Shown here in pieces: positions 1 to 9,733 of a stretch of 56,390 bases of DNA. The notes under the pieces were generated by a model that saw only the letters and a list, made by a program, of their open reading frames with translations, made no database searches and had not been told where the DNA came from. A program made the translations under genes and the position numbers. The first letter of the stretch is position 1. The number at the start of each line of letters is the position of its first letter. Source of the DNA: a virus (lineage: Duplodnaviria > Caudoviricetes); IMG/VR virus record IMGVR_UViG_3300006736_003202, positions 1 to 56,390 of that record. The stretch is one strand, 5' to 3'.

Positions 1-291
1 AATGACAAAATGGTGACATATCAGTTAACATTGTACAAACACTACTTTTGTCAGAAAATGAATGTCGATCCAAAGAACGTTGAGACACACTTCGCACTAC
101 TTAAGAGAACAGCCAAGAAAAACCATGTCGAGTTTTTCAGAGTAACCAGCGGTACAAAAAAAACCGAAAATGCTCTTAAACTTTTGAGAACTGCGTTATA
201 TAATATCCAAAACAAACGATATTTAAAAAATCGGCTGTCTTGTACATCCGGTTATGGTTGCAAATTTTATAAGACAGAACACTGTCCATGA
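1..291 (+). CDS. PD-(D/E)XK / Cas4-RecB-like exonuclease, C-terminal part (5' end outside window)
   Basis: Frame is open from base 1. It has the QLxxY motif (YQLTLY) and a C-terminal Cys cluster (SCTSGYGCKFYKTEHCP) typical of Fe-S staple Cas4/AddB-like nucleases common in phages. Confidence 0.7.
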   Translation, partial: NDKMVTYQLTLYKHYFCQKMNVDPKNVETHFALLKRTAKKNHVEFFRVTSGTKKTENALKLLRTALYNIQNKRYLKNRLSCTSGYGCKFYKTEHCP

Positions 292-298
292 GGAATAA

Positions 299-1585
299 AT
301 GAAAAAAATAAAGATTTTAACAATCTCTGACCACCCGCTCAGCCCCAGCGGTGTTGGCACACAAACCAAGTATTTTATTGAAGCGCTCTTACGAACAGGG
401 CGCTATCAGTTTATTTGCTTGGGAGGGGCAATCAAGCACAACGATTATACGCCGCAACGTATCGACCCCTGGGGAGACGATTGGCGTGTCTTTCCGGTGG
501 ATGGCTACGGAACACATGAAATGATTCGTTCTGTCTTATCGAAAGAAAGACCGGATGTTTTGTGGTTTATGACTGACCCACGATTTTATGGATGGTTGTG
601 GGAAATCGAAAACGAAATCCGTGCGAATATTCCGATGGTATATTATCACGTGTGGGACAACTTCCCCGCTCCAGTATTCAACAACGTCTACTATAGATCT
701 AACGATGAGGTAGTGTGCATTTCGAAAGTAACCCACCAAATTCTGCAAGAAGTAGCACCAGATGTATCTTCCTGTTATTTGCCCCATGCGGTTGATCCGG
801 CACATTTCCACCCCTACACGACGGTTGAAGAAAAACTGAAAACACAACAGGTCCGAGATCGAATTTTGGGAGCTTCTTCAGAAAGAGTAGCAAATCCCAA
901 AAAGAAAATTTTCATGTGGAATAATCGAAATGCCCGCCGCAAGCAATCTGGAACACTAATTTGGTGGTTTAAGGAGTTTTTGGATAAGGTGGGGCACGAC
1001 AAGGCCATGCTTTTGATGCATACTGACGCGCGAGATCCACACGGTCAAGATTTACCACATATCATCGAGCATCTCGGTGTGGGCGAAGGCCAAGTTCTTC
1101 TTTCAACAGAAAAAGTAGAGCCCCAACACCTTGCAGCCCTGTATAATGCAGCCGACTTCACTATTAATATATCAGATGCGGAAGGATTCGGTCTTTCTAC
1201 TTTAGAATCTCTGGCTTGCGGAACACCTATTATTGTAAACATGACCGGTGGATTGCAGGAACAAGTGACCGACGGCGAAAATTGGTTTGGATTTGGGATT
1301 GAACCTAGCTCCAAGGCGATTATAGGCTCCCTGCAAGTGCCATATATTTACGAAGATCGTATTTCCAAGGAAGATTTTCATGACACACTGCAACGAGCCT
1401 TACAAATGCGACCAACAGTATATAAAAAGATGAGTAAAAACGGACGATTACATGTCCTTAACAATTATAGTTTTGAATCTTATCAACAAAACTGGATTAA
1501 TCTTATGGACGGTATTGTGGAGAAGCATGGTTCGTGGGAAACTCGTCATAACCATCAGCGTTGGCATTTAATGGAGGTAGCGTGA
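299..1585 (+). CDS. Glycosyltransferase family 4 (GT-B)
   Basis: N-terminal PSGVG loop, NRNARRK, and C-terminal signature EGFGLSTLESLACGTPII..TGGL.E; SD GAGG upstream. Confidence 0.93.
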   Translation: MKKIKILTISDHPLSPSGVGTQTKYFIEALLRTGRYQFICLGGAIKHNDYTPQRIDPWGDDWRVFPVDGYGTHEMIRSVLSKERPDVLWFMTDPRFYGWLWEIENEIRANIPMVYYHVWDNFPAPVFNNVYYRSNDEVVCISKVTHQILQEVAPDVSSCYLPHAVDPAHFHPYTTVEEKLKTQQVRDRILGASSERVANPKKKIFMWNNRNARRKQSGTLIWWFKEFLDKVGHDKAMLLMHTDARDPHGQDLPHIIEHLGVGEGQVLLSTEKVEPQHLAALYNAADFTINISDAEGFGLSTLESLACGTPIIVNMTGGLQEQVTDGENWFGFGIEPSSKAIIGSLQVPYIYEDRISKEDFHDTLQRALQMRPTVYKKMSKNGRLHVLNNYSFESYQQNWINLMDGIVEKHGSWETRHNHQRWHLMEVA

Positions 1586-2850
1586 AATATAAACTGTTTT
1601 TTAAAGGGCCGCTATTAACAAGATCTGGATATGGTGAACAGGCTCGTTTTGCGCTCCGGGCACTACGCTCACGCCCCGAGTTATTTGATATTTATATTCA
1701 ACCTCTTAATTGGGGACAGACATCGTGGATTAGTGAAGAATCGGAAGAACGAAGTTGGATTGACGCCACTATCGAAAAGACGCTGGGCTACATTCATGGC
1801 GACGGCCAACCACACTTTGATGTGTCGTTTCAGGTTACAATTCCGAATGAATGGGAAAAGAACGCCAGAGTGAACGTGGGGTATACAGCCGGAATGGAGA
1901 CCACCAGAGTAGCTCACCAGTGGATTGAAAAGGGCAACCTGATGGATCGAATCGTGGTGGTATCTAACCACTCCAAGAAAACGTACGCAGACACAGTATA
2001 TACAGCACACAACGACCAAACAGGAGAAGTGGTAGAACTCAAACTCACTACTCCAATTGATGCCGTCAATTATCCTGTTAAAGATTTTGGAGAGTGCCCG
2101 AAGCTAGATTTGGCTTTGGATTATGACTTTAATTTCTTGGTCATGGCTCAATTTGGCCCACGTAAAAATATTCCAACAACTGTTAAGTGGTTTTTGGAAG
2201 AATTTAGGGACGAGGAAGTTGGACTGGTTCTTAAAACCAACATTGCTAAAAATTGTGTGATGGATCGCCAAAAGTTGTTTAATGATTTAAAGGCTTACGT
2301 AAATAGACCCGGCGTCGAAGAACACAAGTGTAAGGTATATCTTTTGCATGGTGACATGAGCGACTCCGAAATTCATTCATTATTTGAACACCCGAAACTT
2401 TCAGCGCTTCTCACCTTAACTCACGGAGAGGGGTTTGGTCTGCCAGTGTTTGAGGCTGCGTATACCGGCATGCCAGTCGTTGCGCCCGGGTGGTCGGGCC
2501 ACCTGGACTTTTTGGTCGATCCTAAGACCAGAGAAGATCATTTTTATAATGTAGAATATGATATTCAGCCGATCCCCGAGAATGTTGTATGGGAAGGGGT
2601 AATCATAAAGGAATCAATGTGGGCCTATCCACGAGAGCACTCAGCCAAGAAACAAATGAGACGATGTTATACCCACCTTACGTCAGGAGAGGATAATCCC
2701 GGAACAAAATCGGCAAAATTTAATGCAAAGCGCCTGTCGACAGTAATGTCCGAAGAAAACCAATACAGCGCCATGGTGAAAGTGGTGTGTGATGCTTTGG
2801 GGATCGATCCGAACGACTCTCATGAAGAAGAAATTATAGAATTTGAGTAG
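1582..2850 (+). CDS. Glycosyltransferase family 4 (GT-B)
   Basis: RSGYG at N-terminus, PRKN, HGEGFGLPVFEAAYTGMPVVAPGWSG. Start placed at GTG 1582 (GTGA overlap, GGAGG upstream) rather than the track's 1561. Confidence 0.92.
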   Translation: MKYKLFFKGPLLTRSGYGEQARFALRALRSRPELFDIYIQPLNWGQTSWISEESEERSWIDATIEKTLGYIHGDGQPHFDVSFQVTIPNEWEKNARVNVGYTAGMETTRVAHQWIEKGNLMDRIVVVSNHSKKTYADTVYTAHNDQTGEVVELKLTTPIDAVNYPVKDFGECPKLDLALDYDFNFLVMAQFGPRKNIPTTVKWFLEEFRDEEVGLVLKTNIAKNCVMDRQKLFNDLKAYVNRPGVEEHKCKVYLLHGDMSDSEIHSLFEHPKLSALLTLTHGEGFGLPVFEAAYTGMPVVAPGWSGHLDFLVDPKTREDHFYNVEYDIQPIPENVVWEGVIIKESMWAYPREHSAKKQMRRCYTHLTSGEDNPGTKSAKFNAKRLSTVMSEENQYSAMVKVVCDALGIDPNDSHEEEIIEFE

Positions 2851-2852
2851 TT

Positions 2853-4478
2853 ATGAAAAAGATAGTATTTATTGCTGATTTCTTTATCGAAGAAATGGGC
2901 GGCGGCGCCGAGATTTATGATAATATATTGATAAACCTTCTTCTCGAAGACGGTTTTGATGTAATAAAATTTAAAAATACTGATTTAACAGATAAGCACA
3001 TCCATCTCTATAAGAATAGTGGATATCACTTTATTGTTTCTAATTTTACTCTTATGAACGATCTGGTATCGACAACCTTGGTAAACAATCCGGGGTGTTA
3101 TAGCATTATGGAGCACGATCACAAATATGTAAAGACACGCAACCCTTCGGTTTATAAGAATTATATAGCGCCAGCTAGCGATATCGTGAATAGAAAGTTC
3201 TACACCAACGCCAAAAACATATTTGCGCAGTCTAAAATACAAGCGGAGACGATTAGAAAAAACCTGCACATTAACAATGTGGTAAACCTGGGAATGAGTC
3301 TTTGGACGGACGAACAGTTACAAATTATTGAGAACAACATCGACAACCCAAAAGAAGAAAATGCGTCAGTCCTTAACAGCAAGAATCCCACCAAAAACAC
3401 ACATGCTGCAATCGAACACTGCACCCAGAAATCGATTCCCTACACGCTGATTGGTTCGCCTAATTATAAGGAATTTATTCAACAATTATCTTTACATCAA
3501 TCTCATGTGTTTGTTCCACGTGTGCTAGAAAGCTTTAATCGCGTTATATTAGAAGCGAGAATGCTTAATTGTAAAATAATAACCACCAATTTAAATGGTT
3601 GTACTTCTGAAGACTGGTTTCCCAAATATAAAGGAAAAGAACTCATAGAATTTGTGCGTACCCAACGCGCCCGAGTTTTTGAGGATATTAAATCCGCCAT
3701 CTTAGATGGCAAAGAAACCGTTGAGGATATTAACATCGCGGACATCACAGTTATATTAAATGCCTATAGGCGTCCATATAATCTTAAAATGCAAGTTGAG
3801 GCCATTCGCAATCAAACAACACAACCTAAGCAAATTTGGCTCTGGGTTAATGCACATGAAGATAACGCAGGGTTTGATTTTGCAAGTGTGGGAGCAGATC
3901 GTGTTTTCCACAATGACTATAATTGGAAATTTTACGGCCGTTTCGCGGCATGCCTATTGGCGGATACCGAACACATTGCAATTTTTGACGATGATACCAT
4001 CCCAGGCAAAAAGTGGTTTGAAAACTGTCTGGAGACAATGAAAACTCACGAAGGTATTCTGGGAAGTGCTGGAATCATTCTTAAAAGTCCGCAGTATATG
4101 AATCATGATCGCTGCGGATGGCCATCTCAAAATGCTGAAACCACCGAAGTTGATTTGGTTGGCCACGCGTGGTTCTTTAAACGCCAATGGTTGCGCTATT
4201 TATGGCAAGAAAAGCCTGTAACGTGGGACAACGGAGAGGACATTCAGTTTGCTTTTATGGCCAAAATTCATGGAAATGTTCCAACTTATTGTCCGCCCCA
4301 TCCGCCTCATGATCGCGAGATGCATGGTTCTATCTTGGGTAATGAACTCGGAATCGACGACAAGGCGACGTCTACCAATTCGGCTGTTTCGCATGCTCAA
4401 TTTTTCTCTGAACGAGATGGGTGTGTTGAGGCTGGATTATCTAAAGGATGGCAAACAGTAAAGGAGATTAAGTTATGA
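2853..4478 (+). CDS. Two-domain glycosyltransferase: GT-B-like N-half fused to GT-A (GT2-like) C-half
   Basis: N-half has GGAE and ESFNRVILEA (E-x7-E). C-half has ITVILNAYRR, IFDDDTIPG (DxD) and NGEDI. Confidence 0.8.
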   Translation: MKKIVFIADFFIEEMGGGAEIYDNILINLLLEDGFDVIKFKNTDLTDKHIHLYKNSGYHFIVSNFTLMNDLVSTTLVNNPGCYSIMEHDHKYVKTRNPSVYKNYIAPASDIVNRKFYTNAKNIFAQSKIQAETIRKNLHINNVVNLGMSLWTDEQLQIIENNIDNPKEENASVLNSKNPTKNTHAAIEHCTQKSIPYTLIGSPNYKEFIQQLSLHQSHVFVPRVLESFNRVILEARMLNCKIITTNLNGCTSEDWFPKYKGKELIEFVRTQRARVFEDIKSAILDGKETVEDINIADITVILNAYRRPYNLKMQVEAIRNQTTQPKQIWLWVNAHEDNAGFDFASVGADRVFHNDYNWKFYGRFAACLLADTEHIAIFDDDTIPGKKWFENCLETMKTHEGILGSAGIILKSPQYMNHDRCGWPSQNAETTEVDLVGHAWFFKRQWLRYLWQEKPVTWDNGEDIQFAFMAKIHGNVPTYCPPHPPHDREMHGSILGNELGIDDKATSTNSAVSHAQFFSERDGCVEAGLSKGWQTVKEIKL

Positions 4479-5464
4479 TGTTGATATGTTTCGGTACACG
4501 CCCGGAGTATGTTAAAATTAAACCAGTAATAGCGGCCATCGAAGGTCATATTCCATATAAACTATTATTTACAGGCCAACATACTGATTTATTGGCGAAG
4601 ATCGATGAGCCGGTAGAACGCCTCACGATTAAGCCGGGCGACAATCGACTGGATTCCATAGTTGAATCCCTGATGAACACACAACCAGATATTTTCACTG
4701 ATATTAACTCTGTTCTTGTGCAAGGAGATACTACTTCGGTGTTTGCAATTGCGCTGGGAGCGTTTCATCGAGGTATCAAGATCGTTCACTTGGAAGCAGG
4801 CTTGCGCACTTACAATAAGTTTCACCCGTATCCTGAAGAGTTTAATCGCCGAGCCGTCTCTTGTATGGCGGATATTCATCTTTGCCCAACTGATGACGCT
4901 GCAGCCAACCTTAAGCGAGAACAAACAGACGGCAAGACATTCGTAGTAGGCAACACGGTTTTAGATCATCTTGTAAACACCTCTACCAGCTATAGCTCTG
5001 ATATCGTGGTTACCTTACATCGCCGTGAAAATCATTCAATGATGCATTCGTGGTTTTTAGCCATCGACGAAATAGCTGCCCAATATTCAGACTATAATTT
5101 TATATTGCCCATTCATCCCAATCCTAACGTCAAGAAACACCAACATCTTTTGAAGCATGTAAAAGTGATAGAGCCGCTGCCACATAATGAGTTTATTAAG
5201 CTGCTCGCCAATGCAAGATTGATCATTACAGATTCAGGCGGACTTCAAGAAGAATCCTCTTTCTTAAGAAAGAAGTGCATCGTATGTCGAGAATTCACAG
5301 AGAGAGTAGAAGGAATGGGGACATTTTCCTTTACGGCGACGCCAGATACTTTGTGGGATACATTTGAATTTCTGATTAATGATTATGTTCCCGTTGGGGA
5401 GTGTCCCTATGGCGACGGACGCTCCGCGAATAAGATCAGGAATATTTTAGTTGCGGAGTTGTAA
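4475..5464 (+). CDS. wecB: UDP-N-acetylglucosamine 2-epimerase (non-hydrolysing)
   Basis: FGTRPE, TGQH, VQGDT, HLEAGLR, PEEFNR, VGNT, TLHRREN, TDSGGLQEE and PYGDG motifs. Confidence 0.95.
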   Translation: MMLICFGTRPEYVKIKPVIAAIEGHIPYKLLFTGQHTDLLAKIDEPVERLTIKPGDNRLDSIVESLMNTQPDIFTDINSVLVQGDTTSVFAIALGAFHRGIKIVHLEAGLRTYNKFHPYPEEFNRRAVSCMADIHLCPTDDAAANLKREQTDGKTFVVGNTVLDHLVNTSTSYSSDIVVTLHRRENHSMMHSWFLAIDEIAAQYSDYNFILPIHPNPNVKKHQHLLKHVKVIEPLPHNEFIKLLANARLIITDSGGLQEESSFLRKKCIVCREFTERVEGMGTFSFTATPDTLWDTFEFLINDYVPVGECPYGDGRSANKIRNILVAEL

Positions 5465-6261
5465 TGAAAGATTTTACATCCGCTTTCGACAGTCTTCTAT
5501 CTAAAATTAAATCTAAAGAGAACTTTGCCTTTAGCAGGTTCTCAGATGGTGAATTGTTTATCATGCAGAACAAAACCGTGATTTTAGCCAAAGATCATTA
5601 TATCACAGGTGATATTAAGGGACGCAACATTTATACTGAAGAAGAACAAAAGGAATTCCTCCCGGAACGAGATCAATTTTATAGGGAGAAGCTTATTGAA
5701 GCATACCAACATGTTCAATCCAATTATTTCAAGGGAATATGTACCGGCACAGACCCTCATGTAGGAGATGAAAATTTTGCCTATATGATTGATTTACATG
5801 GGGGCGATCATGAAACTTTGACTTTTTCAAATCTTTTAATTAATGCGAACTACCGACGTTTTGTAGAAGAACTACTTCCCCTCTTATCTAAACGACATAT
5901 CATATATGTCGTTAATAAACTGGCCGATGTATCCAGGCTACCTTTTGAAATAAAGAAGACGTTTGAAATAGGCTCAAACTGTATGATTAATGATTATAAT
6001 GTTGTGAACGAAATTAAAGAGTATATTGACACCAACGATATCCGTGATTATGTTATTCTTTGCTCGGCAGCTAGTTTGAGCAATTATGTAATTTATGAAA
6101 ATTTCAAAGAAAACCCAAATAACACATTTTTAGATATTGGTAGTTGCTTGAACCCGCTGCTGGGATTAGAAGGGTGGAAATACACCCGCGGGTATTTAAC
6201 ACATTATTGGTTAAATAGCAAAAGCCCATTTGGAACACAGGTAGACACATGGCAGAATTAA
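5464..6261 (+). CDS. GT-D fold (DUF1792-like) glycosyltransferase
   Basis: FSRFSDGEL (cf. RFGDGE, the DxE motif) near the N-terminus and FLDIGS (cf. DIGH) near the C-terminus. Confidence 0.65.
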   Translation: MKDFTSAFDSLLSKIKSKENFAFSRFSDGELFIMQNKTVILAKDHYITGDIKGRNIYTEEEQKEFLPERDQFYREKLIEAYQHVQSNYFKGICTGTDPHVGDENFAYMIDLHGGDHETLTFSNLLINANYRRFVEELLPLLSKRHIIYVVNKLADVSRLPFEIKKTFEIGSNCMINDYNVVNEIKEYIDTNDIRDYVILCSAASLSNYVIYENFKENPNNTFLDIGSCLNPLLGLEGWKYTRGYLTHYWLNSKSPFGTQVDTWQN

Positions 6262-6647
6262 GATTGGTACAAAATAATCCCCAATACTGGGAATTTATTA
6301 GAGAATTACGCAACATGGACAATGTGCGCCAGGGATTCATTCAACAAGAAGAAATAGATGAGATTTCTCATGCCACTTACATGCTACAATATAATAATAA
6401 TTTTTGGATTTGTCTTGACAATCAAAAGCCCGTAGGGTATGTTGGGGTAATAGATAACGATATTCGCGTTGCAACTCATCCTGATGCGCAAGGCAAAGGG
6501 GCGGGCTCGTTTATGATTAATGAAGTGATGAAGCTAAATCCGTTTGCTTATGCGAAAGTAAAGCTCGAAAACGAAGCAAGTATTAAATTATTTGAAAGAT
6601 GCGGATTTAAGAAGAAATATTATCTGATGGAGAAAGAAGATGCATAA
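6249..6647 (+). CDS. GNAT N-acetyltransferase, PseH-like (amino-sugar N-acetyltransferase)
   Basis: RN..VR..F...EI....H N-terminus as in PseH, the AQGKGAGS acetyl-CoA loop, and NEASIKLFERCGF. Confidence 0.85.
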   Translation: MAELRLVQNNPQYWEFIRELRNMDNVRQGFIQQEEIDEISHATYMLQYNNNFWICLDNQKPVGYVGVIDNDIRVATHPDAQGKGAGSFMINEVMKLNPFAYAKVKLENEASIKLFERCGFKKKYYLMEKEDA

Positions 6648-7359
6648 TCTAGTATCAGAATCAAATGTTTTAGACTGGATTAATGAAAGCGCCAAGGAGT
6701 GTCGTTCCTCTTATCCTATGTTGCAGCAGAAATTGCCTGTTGCAATAGATATTGGTGCTAATGTGGGGGGTTTTTGTATTAATGCACACCCTCATTTTGA
6801 CAAGATATATGCATTTGAGCCATGCTCTTCCAATTATGATATTTTGTTACGAGTGAAAGAAAAATTAAAGATGAATAATGTAGAAATTTTTAATATGGCT
6901 GTTACTGGAAAAAGCAATGAAACACGCACGCTAAAAATACATCAAAATAATCACTCAAAAGATATAAGTTGCGCTGATTTTGATAATGAAGAATTTAAAT
7001 TTGGTAATTTAGGCGAAACATGCACAACTATCTCTTTGTCGGATCTTATGGCCAGCCTGCAAATAAAAAGAATAAATTACCTAAAGCTAGATTGCGAGGG
7101 CAGCGAGTATGAAATACTAGAAAATTTCCATGAACATCATAGAATTAGTATTATTGCAATGGAGCTTCATGGGTTCTACGGCCCAGATCGTAAGCGAGAT
7201 TTATTGCTTTTTTTGAATAAATTTTATCATATTTTACCCTTAGTTAAAAAACAAAAAATACAATTGGAAAATATAAAAAAACAGGCTATGAACGATTTTA
7301 AATTATTACACGGAAAAAACAACTTTTTTTGTTTAAATAGAGAGGCAATTGCCACGTGA
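6640..7359 (+). CDS. FkbM-family SAM-dependent methyltransferase
   Basis: IDIGANVGGF, AFEP, LKLDCEGSE, MELH; visibly AT-rich. Confidence 0.9.
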   Translation: MHNLVSESNVLDWINESAKECRSSYPMLQQKLPVAIDIGANVGGFCINAHPHFDKIYAFEPCSSNYDILLRVKEKLKMNNVEIFNMAVTGKSNETRTLKIHQNNHSKDISCADFDNEEFKFGNLGETCTTISLSDLMASLQIKRINYLKLDCEGSEYEILENFHEHHRISIIAMELHGFYGPDRKRDLLLFLNKFYHILPLVKKQKIQLENIKKQAMNDFKLLHGKNNFFCLNREAIAT

Positions 7360-7478
7360 GACACAACCCAAATGCTGTTGCAAAAGTTAAATTAGATAAT
7401 GAAGCCAGCCTTAAGCTTTTTGAAAAATGCGGATTTGAAAAGAGATATTATTTGTTGGAGAAATCGGATGCCGGATAA
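7356..7478 (+). pseudogene. 40-codon chimeric remnant: aminotransferase-like start (MRHNP) fused to a second copy of the GNAT C-terminus
   Basis: Translates MRHNPNAVAKVKLDNEASLKLFEKCGFEKRYYLLEKSDAG*. It is 27/36 identical to the GNAT tail encoded at 6537-6647, and RHNP matches the start of the 8226 gene (MGRRHNPY). Confidence 0.85.
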
Positions 7479-8259
7479 GACTATAACTTTTGATGAAATA
7501 ATTCAAACCCCCACAGCTATGGACAACTATCGTTCCAAAATGGAAAAAGAAACAGAAAACTCATACCCTTCAGTAGAAACTCTTCAAATAGTTGCGCCAG
7601 ATTTTACACCACGAATTGCTGTTGATTTTGGCGCCAACATAGGTACGTTTTGCAAACAGGCACTCAGCAAATTCACAGAAGTACATGCCTTTGAGCCATC
7701 TACTCGACTATGTGATTTGATAACTAAAAATATAGGCACAAACAATAACCTGCACACTTATCGATTAGCGGCAGAAACACATTCAGGTCGAATTATGAAT
7801 TTATATGCCGCATCCAATGGCCACCCCGGAGACAGTAGCCTATATTCAGCAGAGCAGGATTCTCAATATGAAACTTGTATGACAGTTGCAATGGAAGATG
7901 TGTTCAAATTAATTCGCACAGACTATGTCGATTATATGAAAATTGATATTGAGGGTGCGGAATATCCTTTTTTAATGAATAAGGATTTATCGCACATTGG
8001 GATCATCGCCATGGAGGTGCATGGAGGAATGTATACAGATACACAATACACAGATCTGTTGGAGCATATATTCAAATATATGCATATGTGGAGAATGCAT
8101 AAAGGAGATGCGGTATTAACGTGTGTTAATAGAAAATATCGTATTCAATATGCGCCTCTCTTTCTTGATCAAAGAGGGGGAGCGCAAGTACCGCGTGCAA
8201 TGGAACAATATATCGGAAAAGGACAATGGGAAGAAGACACAATCCATATAAAATCGTAA
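7468..8259 (+). CDS. FkbM-family methyltransferase
   Basis: VDFGANIGTF, AFEP, MKIDIEGAE, MEVH. Start moved to ATG 7468 (GGAG at 7457-7460). Confidence 0.9.
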   Translation: MPDKTITFDEIIQTPTAMDNYRSKMEKETENSYPSVETLQIVAPDFTPRIAVDFGANIGTFCKQALSKFTEVHAFEPSTRLCDLITKNIGTNNNLHTYRLAAETHSGRIMNLYAASNGHPGDSSLYSAEQDSQYETCMTVAMEDVFKLIRTDYVDYMKIDIEGAEYPFLMNKDLSHIGIIAMEVHGGMYTDTQYTDLLEHIFKYMHMWRMHKGDAVLTCVNRKYRIQYAPLFLDQRGGAQVPRAMEQYIGKGQWEEDTIHIKS

Positions 8260-8846
8260 AGATGTTTGAAGAAACAGTCGCCGATTACTGTGGCTCTAAG
8301 TACGCAGTATCAACGGACAATTGCACAGACGCACTATTACTGTGTTGTGAGTACCTGCAGGTCAAAGAGGTCACAATACCCTCTAGAACCTATTTGTCTG
8401 TCCCGCAGTCCATTATCCATGCAGGAGGTACTGTAAGGTTTGAGGATGCGCCCTGGAGGGGTGTATACCAGCTTAAGCCCTATCCGATATATGATGCTGC
8501 AAAGCGCTTAACAAGTGGAATGTATATTCCCGATAGTTACATGTGTTTGTCGTTTCATATTAAAAAGCACCTGAAGATTGGAAAAGGTGGTATGATCCTC
8601 ACAGATGACGAAGAAGCAGCCAAATGGTTCAGAAAAGGTCGCTATGAGGGCCGCGGCACAGTAATGTATCACGAGGATAATATCGAGATTAACGGATGGA
8701 ACGCCTACATGTCTCCCGAGCAGGCTGCAAGAGGTTTGATGTTGATGCAGAATTATCCCGAACACGTAGAAGACTTGCCTGAGAATCCACCTTATCGTGA
8801 TTTAAGAGAATTTGAATTGTTTAAAAATGTGGAGATGGTGAAATGA
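8226..8846 (+). CDS. DegT/DnrJ/EryC1/StrS-family PLP sugar aminotransferase, unusually short (206 aa)
   Basis: FEE..A.Y.G.KYAV...NCT.AL.L, EV..P..TY, DAA, SFHIKKHLKIGKGGMILTDD (PLP-Lys region), GWNAYMS...AA.G. Confidence 0.85.
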   Translation: MGRRHNPYKIVKMFEETVADYCGSKYAVSTDNCTDALLLCCEYLQVKEVTIPSRTYLSVPQSIIHAGGTVRFEDAPWRGVYQLKPYPIYDAAKRLTSGMYIPDSYMCLSFHIKKHLKIGKGGMILTDDEEAAKWFRKGRYEGRGTVMYHEDNIEINGWNAYMSPEQAARGLMLMQNYPEHVEDLPENPPYRDLREFELFKNVEMVK

Positions 8847-9733
8847 TAACATTTATAGAATTAGGAAGACTAGGACGACTGGGCAATCAGTTGTTTCAAT
8901 ATGCAGCACTAAGAGGTTTGGGGTTGTCGCGTGGTTATACCACCAAAATTCCAGATCCTTCCAAACGCATGTGGCATGGCCAAACCTGTCTTTTGGACAA
9001 CTTTAATATCGAATGTGAGTTTATGGAAGAAAGTGAAATTCGAGAGTTAGAGGGCCGGTATTATGAGCCCGACTACATGAATTTTGACGAACAGTTTTTT
9101 ATTCTTCCAGATAACATCGATTTACATGGTTTTTTTCAAAGTACTTTATATTTTAAGGGCCACGAAGAACAGATTCGAAAAGAGTTAACTCCCAAGATAG
9201 AAATCTTAGATGAAGCCAAAGAAAACTTAGATGCGATTAGGTCCGAACACGAAGGGTGTGAGATTGTATCTTTACATCTTCGTCGTGGTGACAATACTGA
9301 TGGCTCAAATCCCAGTAAAGAACTCAACGAGATGTACGGAAAAAATGGAGATCTAGAATTGGACAGTTTTTACGGACAATATTTGACTGCAGCTAAGGAG
9401 TGTTTTAAAGATCAGAAAGTGAAATACCTGATCTTTTCGGGGGGGTCACGCCAATCAGGCAATTCTAATGAAACAGATATGGAGTGGTGCAAACGCAATT
9501 TTGTAGGAGAAGAGTACATTTTCGCAGATGAAAACGATAGTCTTATCGACTTTGCAACGATCATGCAGTGCGATCACAACATCATTTCCCACATTAGTAG
9601 CTTTGGTTGGTGGGCAGCATATTTGAACACCAAGAAAGACTCTATCATAGTTGCTCCAAAGCATTACCATCCAGATCGGCCTGAAATTGAACATCGACAG
9701 GGATTCTATCCCACGGAGTGGACATTAGTATGA
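8843..9733 (+). CDS. Glycosyltransferase family 11 (alpha-1,2-fucosyltransferase-like)
   Basis: GRLGNQLFQYA, GFFQS, SLHLRRGD and SSFGWWAAYL motifs. Confidence 0.93.
   Translation: MITFIELGRLGRLGNQLFQYAALRGLGLSRGYTTKIPDPSKRMWHGQTCLLDNFNIECEFMEESEIRELEGRYYEPDYMNFDEQFFILPDNIDLHGFFQSTLYFKGHEEQIRKELTPKIEILDEAKENLDAIRSEHEGCEIVSLHLRRGDNTDGSNPSKELNEMYGKNGDLELDSFYGQYLTAAKECFKDQKVKYLIFSGGSRQSGNSNETDMEWCKRNFVGEEYIFADENDSLIDFATIMQCDHNIISHISSFGWWAAYLNTKKDSIIVAPKHYHPDRPEIEHRQGFYPTEWTLV

Noticed and set aside
1-291. Cas4-like protein as a sign of a CRISPR-Cas locus
   Set aside because: No other cas genes or repeat-spacer array in the window; solo Cas4-like nucleases are common in phages.
7399-7467. Track's N-terminal extension of the second FkbM gene (MKPALSFLKN...)
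   Set aside because: It is an off-frame reading of the GNAT-tail remnant; the real start is ATG 7468 with a GGAG SD.
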